A DNA stretch of 64,000 bases from Octopus vulgaris (lineage: Eukaryota): the NCBI GenBank assembly GCA_951406725.2, contig OX597821.1, forward strand, positions 88,660,001 through 88,724,000, given 5' to 3'. A model generated the notes under the pieces. It saw only the letters and a list, made by a program, of their open reading frames with translations, searched no databases and was not told where the DNA came from. Position numbers and translations under genes: made by a program. Below are positions 53,728-64,000 of the stretch, in pieces; position 1 is the first letter of the stretch, and each line of letters opens with the position of its first letter.

Positions 53728-54027
53728 GAGGCGCAATGGCCCAGTGGTTAGGGCAGCGGTCTCGCGGTCGTAGGATCGCGGCCTCGATTCCCAGACCGGG
53801 GGTTGTGTTTGTTTATTGAGCGAAAACACCTAAAAGCTCCACGAAGCTCTGTCAGAAGGTGGTGGCGATCCCTGTTGTACTCTTTCGCTACAACTTTCTC
53901 TGACTCTCTCTTCCTGTTTTTTGAGTAACGCTGTGATGGACTGGCGTCCCGTCCAGCTGGGGGGAACACATACGCCATAGAAACCGGGAAACCGGGCCCA
54001 TGATCCTGGCTAGGCTTGAACGGGACG
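53728..54027 (+). mobile_element. tRNA-derived SINE, group C (middle M2 + tail T2)
   Basis: A box TGGCCCAGTGG and B-box-like CTCGATTCC. Middle shared with 56636-56897; tail shared with 11305-11411. Confidence 0.9.
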
Positions 54028-54727
54028 TCGTTTATCGTTATGCATGTATGTGTGTGTATGTGAGTATGTGTGTATGGATGTATGCATCTGTGTACATATA
54101 ATCATATATTTATGCACGTTTGTCTATATATGCTTAAAGTTTATATGTATATGTATATGTGTGCGTGTATGCATACATATATTCGTACACACAAACAACA
54201 CACACATATTTAGTAATCAGAATTACTCAGCATAGTTATATGATAAATATCTATCTGGATTGAAACAATATGCCTTTTAACCGAAGTTACGCATAAATAT
54301 ACACGCACTAACACTATTAATGACATCTGTTTTGTGCATTTCTGTGACAATAAGTCTTAGAACTGACCGGATTTTTTGTACCCAATTACAAACTTTTAGT
54401 GGTCGCAGGTTCATGGGTAAAATACACAATTGTTACTCATGCCAAGGTATTACGTTGCCACATTTGCGCTGCTTTGGTTTAATGATAATTTTAATGTCTC
54501 GATTGCTTGGCATAGAATGCCAGTTTCCGTTTCAATGATACTACGGTATTTATAAAAGCATTCCCCTGTGGACAGATATTGAGAGATGTGCAGACACATG
54601 AGGGTATATGGGCTCTGACGAAATTCCCAATCAGTGCGAAAATAAAATCAAAGTCATTCGATTTGTATGTCCATAGAGAAATATATAGAGACGACTGTTT
54701 AGATACATATATATATAGGTGCGTGTT

Positions 54728-54783
<56 letters not shown>

Positions 54784-54872
54784 AGTATATATCATATATA
54801 TGAAATATGTATGTGTACCTATATATATATATATATATTTGCACACATACATATATACATATACAAACATAC

Positions 54873-54930
<58 letters not shown>

Positions 54931-54934
<4 letters not shown>

Positions 54935-55318
54935 ATAATATTAGGGAATAAATCCAAACTTACAGGGAAAAATGAGATTTAGGATTAAATCCAATTTTAT
55001 AGTATAAATATATTATATTATATTATACTAAATTAGAGATAAAACCACTATTAGGCAAATCAAACAGTGAAAAACTTAAGCCAGTACATAAAATTAATTT
55101 AGAATATAAAAGTTAAAAATAATTTAATTATTTAAATAATTTAAACTTATAAATTTTAATGTATGTATGTATATTTTTATATTTATATATTATTTTATTT
55201 ATCTATTAATTATTTAATTAATTAATTAATTAATTTATTTATTTATTTTTTATATATATATATCAAAAGTATTAAAAGTTTAATAAAAGCTATTATTTTA
55301 TTAAACTTTTAATACTTT

Positions 55319-55356
<38 letters not shown>

Positions 55357-55580
55357 AATAAAAATAAATAAATAAATAAATTAATTAATTTATTAATAAA
55401 TTAAATAATTTGTAAATATAAAAATATACATACATACATATATATATATATATATTTGTATATATATATACAATTTATAAGTTTAATTTATTTAAATAAC
55501 TTTTATATTTTAAATTAATTTTATGTATTGGCTTATGTTTTTCACTGTTTGATTTGCCTAATAGTGGTTTTATCTCTAAT

Positions 55581-55583
<3 letters not shown>
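54931..55583. mobile_element. Family P1 terminal repeat folded into an approximately 555-bp imperfect palindrome
   Basis: 55029-55288 is mirrored by 55296-55583 around a 7-nt spacer (GCTATTA). Flanked by TA tracts. Confidence 0.75.
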
Positions 55584-55626
<43 letters not shown>

Positions 55627-55649
55627 GTATATGTATGTGTGTGTGTGTA

Positions 55650-55812
55650 TAGTTCAAATTTATAGAAAAACAAAGATGAAGACTGGTGTAGGAACAACAA
55701 GAAAGTGTATTAGTTTGACGCTCAGGAGAAATGGAAATGTCTTTTACGTTTCAAGCCTACGCTCTTCGACAGAAAGGAGTAAGAGGAAACAAATAGAAAG
55801 AGAATGAAAGAA
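55650..55812 (-). mobile_element. PLE-like terminal repeat, family P2, with hammerhead-like motif at 55741-55776
   Basis: Minus strand: CUUU-CUGUCGAA-GAGC-GUAG-GCUU-GAAAC-GUA-AAAG. Homologous to 46690-46856. Confidence 0.55.
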
Positions 55813-56504
55813 AAAGTTCTGAGTTCAGTGGTCCAGCATGGCGAATGATATATATTTATAAAGAGTAAGCGAATACCTCAAACGTTTACATACATATATA
55901 AAGAATTAAACGTAATGCAATGCGACTTTTTGATAATCCTTATTATTGCTGATATAAGGATATATATACCTGTGTGAGTGTGAGTGTGTCGGTATGTGTG
56001 TGCGCGCGCATATGCAAGTGTGTGTCTGTGTGTCTTTGCTTCTTGTATTATATCTTGCACTGTTTGAAACCTCCCCGTGATCTATGTAAAAGGATGTTTG
56101 AGCGTATGTATTTGTGTTCGCAGAAGATATAGGAAACAGAAATTATACAAACGGATAACTGCATTTACTCTAAAGTTTATTTCATAGCCTGATTCAATTT
56201 GTATTTGTAACTATCTGCTTTCTTTATATTTTAAGTTAGCAGCTAATTGTTCCCAATGTTAAAATATTCTTTACAATCCGTTTAAGCATAATGTAAACGA
56301 CAACAGTTATTTGAATATATGTTTAAGAACGTCGTACAATAAATTCGCATATCACCACATGTGATAATTTAAGTGCCGTTTGAGAAATGCTGCTTCCTCA
56401 CAGTTCACATGCGCAAACGCTCAGAAACGTATTGTAAATAAACAGGAGCACACAGGAACACAGAGACACACGTACGTACGTATGTATGTATGTATGTATG
56501 TATG

Positions 56505-56535
<31 letters not shown>

Positions 56536-56635
56536 GAGCCGTTTAGCACTTATTTCTAGCGCTGAGTCATAGTTAATGATGTTTTTTTTCCTTTTCGGTG
56601 AAATTCTGCTAATTAGCTGCCTCATTTAATCATAT

Positions 56636-56891
56636 ATGGCCCAGTGGTTAGGGCAGCAGACTCGCGGTCGTAGAATCCCGGTTTCGATTCCCAGACCGGG
56701 TGTTGTGTGTATTTATTGAGCGAAAACACCTAAAAGATCCACGAAGCTCCGGCAGGGGGTATGACCCCTGCTGTATTCTTTCACCACTCTTTCTCACACT
56801 CTTTCTTCTGTTGGCCTGCTCGCTTAGCCATCGGGGTGGCGTCATTCGAAGGCTAAAACAATGCGAACGCATTTTGACTAGCGATGTGTAG

Positions 56892-56897
<6 letters not shown>
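56636..56897 (+). mobile_element. tRNA-derived SINE, group C (middle M2 + tail T3)
   Basis: Head and middle match 53728. Tail GGCCTGCTCG...CATTCGAAGGCTAAAACAATGCGAA matches 57512-57598. Confidence 0.9.
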
Positions 56898-56983
<86 letters not shown>

Positions 56984-56988
<5 letters not shown>

Positions 56989-57345
56989 TACAGAATGAGA
57001 TAAAAATCCAAAGCTGTTAAGATTTCAGAACATTTATAAATAGGTCTTACATGTACTTATATTTTATATATCCCTTCATCGGAGAGGGTGTGAGAAGATG
57101 GTTAAGCAATAGTTATTTTAGATATGATAAACATATCTACTTGTAAACATGTACAGGGGTGTATATAGAGAGAAACATATACAGCGAGAAACAATAAGTG
57201 AATATATTCGAATGATCGACATTCACCAATAAGCATATAGGTATTTATGTAATCACAAAATATATTTACATGGAGTACAAAAGATACAGAAAGTTAAGTG
57301 GAGGGAGCATGGTATATCAGGTCCGACAGCTGTTTCTGGAGGCTC
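56984..57345 (-). mobile_element. PLE-like terminal region with two decayed hammerhead remnants
   Basis: Abuts (GT)n. Minus-strand UCU-CCGAUGA...ACAUGU-A-AGA at 57045-57085 and GAAACAGCUGUC at 57325-57336. Confidence 0.4.
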
Positions 57346-57511
57346 CGAATTGCGTGATTGTTGTACTTTTGGCAGATGGATGTGAACGAAGTCAAGGATA
57401 TACAACCGGTAGTAGATGCATATAAGCCTTTGTCTTCAGAAATAAGCATTCACACATCTATCTAGATATCAATCCATCTATCTACATACACACATTTTTG
57501 TTTGAATGTAT

Positions 57512-57598
57512 CGGCCTGCTCGTCTAGCGAGTAGGGTGCATTCATTCGAAAGCTAAAACAATGCGAAGCGCATTGTAACCATTGAGGTATAGCATCAT
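57512..57598 (+). mobile_element. SINE group C tail T3 fragment
   Basis: Matches 56811-56897. Confidence 0.7.
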
Positions 57599-59732
57599 CC
57601 GTAAAGTATGATGGATACCGTGATTAATATATGTGTGTGTTTGTGTGTGTGTATGTGTTTGTATGTGTATGTGTGTGTGTGTGCGTGTGTGTCTGTCTGT
57701 CTGTATATACACACAAAAAAAAACGCGTATTAATTTTCGGATATATATGAGTCTTAAAAAATCCTACTCGTATACAACACAAACAAATCGCTACAAATAC
57801 AATCACAAAATCATACATACTAACAATTTCTTTATTGCGCGCTAACATCCCCACACATATTTACGCACATTTATACACATTTACTGTACATGTGTATATT
57901 TTGAACACAACAATATATTGTCTATATCAAAGCTCTATTGTCAATTTCCAATTCACAACCTGTTTATTTCGTTTCAATCAATAGAAAATATTTTCTCTTT
58001 TAATTCAAGTCTAAACTATTGTATTTAACTCGTTATAATTTTGTTTGGTTTCCGTCCAAAAACATTTAAATGCTGTTGATGTTGTTATTGTTTTCCTATC
58101 TTTCCTTTTATCAGTTCCTTTTATTCTGAAAACTACAGATCTTTTCGAGATATATATTTAAGTTTTTGATTTTGTTAAATATCTCGTATGATGTTTGCAA
58201 TTGTCAGGTTCACGTAAGAATTACAAAATAACAATGAATAATATTTATCTTAATACAAGGCGTAAAAAGTATTTGTACTGTTTGTTTTATTACGATTTAT
58301 TTTACTTCAAATTGTGTTTTCTTTATTAAATAGTTTTGTTCTCGGATGTGAGCAGGGGTGCCTGTTGTAAGTTACGTTTTTTGTGTTTATTTTAATATTT
58401 TCCTTTTTTTTCTGGTTAAACATTTCTTTGTAGGTATATATTTTTGTTTCTTGAACATTTTGTATTCGACTGTTTGTTAAAACACTATGTTTGTTTGCTA
58501 ATGAAACATCAAATTTTTCTCAATTGGCTTTCAATAGATTTCATGTTATAGCAATAAACATGTACACTGTAAATTCGCTTGTATACAAGCTATATATTTA
58601 TAATATTGATTTAGCAAAACTTTATACACTTTCTGTTTTTCTTTTATTATATAAGAGAAGAATTTCTTTCACTGACTCAATCCAGAATATTGGAACTTCT
58701 TAACATACTAATTTCGGACTATGATGTTAATGAAAAATTTGATCTCATGCAATCGAGTTTAATGCCAGTAAGGTGTAGATCATTTAAACATTTCTCTTCA
58801 TTGAATCATGGACAATGGTTCTAGAATACTAAAGTATAATTTAAACTTTATTTACTACATATTTGCTATTTGTAAATTATCGGTAAAAATTCTGACTTGA
58901 TTGATATTAACCTGCATTCTTTCACGGTTGATATATTTACCGGCAATTACCAGATCCATGCAATGAACTATAATCTCTCTAACAAATGTGTGGCCCAGAG
59001 CTATCTCTATTAAACTGTCTTCATTAAAATTAAAATAACAGTCGAATACATCCGGGCTTTAAGCCCTTTTTTATGTCATTTAAGTACTGCCTATATTTTC
59101 ACATTTTTGATATATATTATAATCATGATGTACTGTATTATATATATAGTTTTCTTTTATATACCCAACATTTGTCAGATAATCCTTACGATCATATTAT
59201 AGCAACTTGCTTAAGGATTGTTGCTTACTATACGTCTGATAACTCAAGATGCGACTTCTCATTGCTTGATGAAGAAACTAAAAATTTTCTGAAAATATTT
59301 AATATCATAACAATATTTGAGTTTCGTAACATTAAATATACTTCAAAGTTAAGAAATATTTAAAAAATTTCTAAACGTTTAGATAAAAATATAGATTCTT
59401 AATCTGTTAGTGACTTTAACTAATGTACATGTCCCCATCTTTCTTTTCTCAGGGCTTTCCTGGTTAAAAGATTTAGTTTCGAAAGTGGCAGATAAAAGCA
59501 AATAACAGAATGTATTCTTAGCGTATAAAAATCTAATTTCTTTTAGTTCTGGGAGTCCAAATCTTGCTATATTCTTCCTTTCATCTATTAGTTGTAGCAT
59601 AAATACATATATGGAAAGTACTGGAAGAAATTTTAATGCACAAGATATGCGTGATTTGGCCCCATGTAAAAACTTCAGAAATGAGGATTTGATACGAAAG
59701 GGAATTATTAACTCATAGCTAATACGTTAATG

Positions 59733-59737
<5 letters not shown>

Positions 59738-59793
<56 letters not shown>
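59738..59793. repeat. (AAT)n microsatellite
   Basis: Read directly from the sequence. Confidence 0.95.
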
Positions 59794-59794
<1 letters not shown>

Positions 59795-59925
59795 GGGAGT
59801 ATAGCTCCAAACTTACAGGGAAAAATTCGATTTCACAGTATAAACATATAAAATACGAATTAGAGATAAAACCACTATTATGCAACTCAGTGATAGACAT
59901 AAACCAATACATAAATAACAAATAA
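59794..59925 (-). mobile_element. Family P1-related terminal-repeat fragment
   Basis: AGGGAGTATAGCTCCAAACTTACAGGGAAAAA...AATTAGAGATAAAACCACTATTATGCAA. Lies between (AAT)n and (TA)n. Confidence 0.7.
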
Positions 59926-59949
59926 TATAAATATAAGTAATATAATATA

Positions 59950-60013
<64 letters not shown>

Positions 60014-60175
60014 ATTATTTATTACGATTACCCTGTCTCTGTTTGTGTCAAGAAATAATTGAGATGATTGTTGAAGCGTTTTGCTTGAGACATATGGTAA
60101 CAAACTTAATTGACTAAGAAGAAAAAATTATTCAACCGACCAATACTTTTTCAGTATTGGTGTCATTAATATTAG

Positions 60176-60295
60176 CAGGAGGCGGTCTGGCAGAACCGTT
60201 GGTACGCCGGGCAAAATGCTTAGCGGCATTTAGTTCATCTTTACGCTATGAATTCATATTCAGTGGTGGTCGACTTTGCTTCTCATCCTCCGATT
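60176..60295 (+). mobile_element. Degenerate SINE family B, 5' part
   Basis: CTGGCAGAACCGTTGGTACGCCGGGCAAAATGCTTAGCGGC...GTCGACTTTGC. Confidence 0.75.
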
Positions 60296-60374
60296 ATGCT
60301 AGCCTTGTGCCAAAATTCGAAACCAGTATTAGTATAACACGGACTGTTTCGTCGTTGATTTCAACATCCAAACA

Positions 60375-60445
<71 letters not shown>

Positions 60446-60452
60446 CCTATAA

Positions 60453-60680
60453 GGCGGCGCGCTGGCTGACACTTTAGCTGCCGGGCGAAATGGCGAAATG
60501 CTTAGTGGTATTTCGTCTGTCTTAGTTCAATTTCCGCCGAGGTCGACTTTGCCTTTCATCCTTTCAGGGTCGATAAATAAAGTACCAGCTTCACACTGGG
60601 GTCGATGTAATCGACTTAATCTCCTTGACTGTCCTTGTTTCTCCCCTGTATGTTTAGCCCCTTGTGGGCGATAAAGAAAT
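60453..60680 (+). mobile_element. SINE family B with TSD
   Basis: Full unit flanked by ATATATATAACCTAT on both sides. Confidence 0.9.
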
Positions 60681-60720
60681 ATATATATAACCTATTCGTT
60701 AATTGGATCCCTTCGGCTGT

Positions 60721-60812
60721 GAAGCTATAGATTGTTGTACTTTGAAGCTATACCTATTTGTACGTTGAAGTTGTAACTATTTGTACGGTGATGCGATAAC
60801 TATTTGTACGTG
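60721..60812. repeat. 23-bp minisatellite, 4 diverged copies
   Basis: GAAGCTATAGATTGTTGTACTTT / GAAGCTATACCTATTTGTACGTT / GAAGTTGTAACTATTTGTACGGT / GATGCGATAACTATTTGTACGTG. Confidence 0.8.
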
Positions 60813-61506
60813 CCTACGTTCGTCGTACCTTTTCATTTCAGTTGTTCACGATGGAACAAAATTCTATATACTTATTCTAGCTAAATAAAACTAAGAGATA
60901 TGTCTGATCTCTCATAGATTCAAACATCATAAGTCGTCCTGTAAACTTATAACACTGCGTCTAAGTCTTACCATCATTATCATCATCATCATCATCATCA
61001 ACATGATGGTGATGACAAAATATGACACTGGTGACGACAAGGACCGTGGTAATTGACGATGAGATCGAAGGCAGTGGCGTTTGAGAGGTAGTAGCAGTGG
61101 TCGCGTTGCTGTTACTGCCTCGGATGATCATGATAATGATGCTTATAACGATAATAACAATGATTGGTGGTTGTACTGAGAGCGAACAGAGAAGTTACTT
61201 TGCAACTTATTATCGACATCTAACTGTAGAATGGCATATTTCAGATATTTCTGTCAATTCGCAATCCCCCATTTAAATTTTGTCACCTATGTAAGAGTTT
61301 TGGTCGTTTACCAAGAATTTATCTAATAATTCATTTCTCAATACAAAATAATTTTGTTGTTGTTGTTGATGATGTTATTGTCGAACTCATACTTGTAATC
61401 ATCATCGTGATCGTCATCATCATTGTCGTCATTGTTTTTGTTGATGGTGGTGCCGATGGGGGAGTTGGTGTAGACATCGGAGGTGACATTGTTAATGGGT
61501 TTTTTT

Positions 61507-61551
<45 letters not shown>

Positions 61552-63299
61552 CATATACATAAACGCCATTTGCATTTTTTTCTTACAGAAATATTTATGG
61601 AAAGTCAATAATCAGAGGATGTATGTTATGCAAGCTCTTATAGTAATGCACATAAATACATGTGTACGTGTTCGTGCATGTGAATGTATGAATCTTTGTG
61701 CGCATGAAAATGGAAAGGTGGATATGATCACACACAAAAATATATACCCATCCATCCATCCAGCCATCCAGCCATTCAGTCAGCCAGCCAGCGATAGTTA
61801 CATACATACATGCATACATACATACACACATACATAGATACATATACATGCATATATACATGCATACATACATGAATACTTACATACATACATATGTGTG
61901 CGTGCGTGCGTGCCTGTGTATATATGTATGTATATAAATGAGAGACATTGCATCTTCCAGGCATTGGGTGCTGAAAACATACGTATGACAACATTTTAAT
62001 GGTTTCCCATCAAGTTTTCCGAATTAGTTGTTTTCACTTTTTGATGCACAGTTAATACTGTACAAGTATGGTCCAATATTTCGTATTTTGATTCTATTTC
62101 ACTCTTGGCAAAATGTTTTGTTTTCTTAAGGTGTTGACGTATTGTTGATTTCATCCTGTTTTGATCAATATTTTGTATTAGCAGTTTGTGGATGCAAGTA
62201 TTTCATTATGTAGTGTGTATGCATGTATGTCATTATGCATTGCGTATGCATTGTGTATGCATGTATCTATGTATGTAAAATAGGTTTGCTAGTCTGAATG
62301 TATGAATGCAATTGTTTTACTGAGACGAATATGTAAGTGTAAACTGCTTTTAATTTTCCAATTTCTCTCTGAGATAGAAAGATGCAAAATCTGAAGCAAA
62401 TCACTCTCTCATTGAAAATTTATTGTACATTAACTTAGTAGTTATATATATCTATTTTGGAACGGTGGGTCTTGATGTACATAGAGCTATAAATAATAGC
62501 GACAAATATTGGTTTGAGAAACCACTTTTAGATAGAGACAAGTTCGAAGGCTCTATACATAAAATGCTTCGACATTAAACAATTTATCGTTTACTCACAA
62601 GAAAAAAAGCATTTTCATTGTAATTTATACCGCAGCAACGTCATAGTCAATTGCTTGTTATGTATGCATATAATACATCTATCATCCATGTTGTTCCGGT
62701 TTATATACATTAATTGTGACTAACAGAGAAAGTAAAGTTAGCAATCCAAGTTTTTGCACTGAAAATTCTGCAACACACAGTAGTTGTTCATGTATAGATG
62801 CAATTTCGCAGATATATATATTTGCATGAATTCCTGCATTTAATAATACATGTAGAACTATATATTTGGAATCTCCGTGTGTTCGATATTTGCAAGTTCA
62901 TACTTAATATACTTCATATTTATTACCTCAGTTTAAACTTCTGGAATGTCTTAAACATATTCACAGTTCCATTAAGCGCGCGTATAATAAATCCATGCCC
63001 GTATTGGGTTTAATTTCGAAAAGCCAAAATTTTCAATATTAGGGCTACGGCAAGGTAATCACCTAAACAAGTTCACTAATAATCAGAGATATAAAAAGTA
63101 TTCAAGGTTGAGATTTGAGATCTGTTATTTTCGCATTAGTTCAGACTATATGATTGTTTTTTTGTTTTACCATTCATGTTATGCTGCATTCTGTCTCTTA
63201 ATATCAGCCTCTCAGTCTCTATATACGAGCGCATGATTCAATGTGCTGCTACATGGTGGAGTGGATAGAGGGATGGTTTGGCAAATATATATATATATA

Positions 63300-63710
63300 G
63301 GCGCAGGAGTGGCTGTGTGGTAAGTAGCTTGCTTACCAACCACATGGTTCCGGGTTCAGTCCCACTGCGTGGCATCTTGGGCAAGTGTCTTCTGCTATTG
63401 CCCCGGGCCGATCAATGCCTTGTGAGTGAATTTGGTAGACGGAAACTGAAAGAAGCCTGTTGTATATATGTATATATATATATATATATGTGTGTGTGTT
63501 TGTGTGTCTGTGTTTGTCCCCCCTAGCATTGCTTGACAACCGATGTTGGTGTGTTTACGTCCCGTCACTTAGCGGTTCGGCAAAAGAGACCGATAGAATA
63601 AGTACTGGGCTTCCAAAGAATAAGTCCCGGGGTCGATTTGCTCGACTAAAGGCGGTGCTCCAGCATGGCCGCAGTCAAATGACTGAAACAAGTAAAAGAG
63701 TAAAAAGAGT
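63300..63710 (+). mobile_element. SINE family A inserted in a TA tract
   Basis: Full match, with TA repeats on both sides. Confidence 0.95.
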
Positions 63711-63774
63711 ATATATATATATAAAAGAAGTTTGAAAACGCCACTATATAAGATAAATTTTAATTTTCTTAGAG

Positions 63775-63823
63775 ATTTTACATGTTTCGGTTACTCTGGA
63801 AAAAGACCAACCCTATCAAAAAT
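63775..63823 (-). ncRNA. Hammerhead-like motif, variant core UUGAUAG
   Basis: Minus strand: AUUU-UUGAUAG-GGUU...AACC-GAA-ACAUGU-A-AAAU, about 50 nt from a TA tract. Same layout as 49893-49930. Confidence 0.5.
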
Positions 63824-64000
63824 ATTTTAAAAGGTTAAGTGTAATATAAAAGTTGATAATTGTTTCTTACTAGTCTCAAGAGAGTCCACTTGGTGGTGTA
63901 GTGTGGTGGGGGGAGCTTAATGGCAGTCTTGTGCGTTGACTTGAAACGTTCACTGTAATCGTGAAAGTAACCGTTGGTCGTAATAGCAGTAGTAGCAGAG

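Noticed and set aside
59379-59600. YLLL...FNQE resemblance to P-element transposase
   Set aside because: Motif spacing is wrong and no other motifs were found.
60721-60812. CRISPR-like repeat appearance
   Set aside because: Units are contiguous without unique spacers, the context is eukaryotic and there are no cas genes.

Overview
AT-rich, repeat-dominated eukaryotic DNA. The tRNA-headed SINE families and dense (TA)n/(CA)n/(TCTA)n tracts suggest an octopus or other cephalopod genome (inference from recalled SINE sequence, no search run). I found no supportable host protein-coding gene, rRNA, true tRNA or CRISPR array; almost every ORF in the track is a microsatellite or SINE read-through. 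The window holds about 25 SINE copies from three groups, decayed LINEs (RTE, two CR1-group 3' ends, one R4/Dong-type RLE fragment), Tc1/mariner elements, Helitrons, Harbinger and hAT fossils, and Penelope-like element (PLE) pieces including a GIY-YIG endonuclease ORF. The most striking signal is about nine short elements abutting microsatellite tracts that carry minimal type-I hammerhead ribozyme motifs, several with non-canonical cores, in PLE-like terminal repeats. One lies inside a 134-bp inverted repeat and one lies downstream of the GIY-YIG ORF. Other notable points: two SINEs with 93- and 98-bp flanking duplications, a SINE and its probable partner LINE sharing a covarying 3' hairpin, and combinatorial module exchange among SINEs. 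Coordinates were counted by eye and may be off by a few bases.
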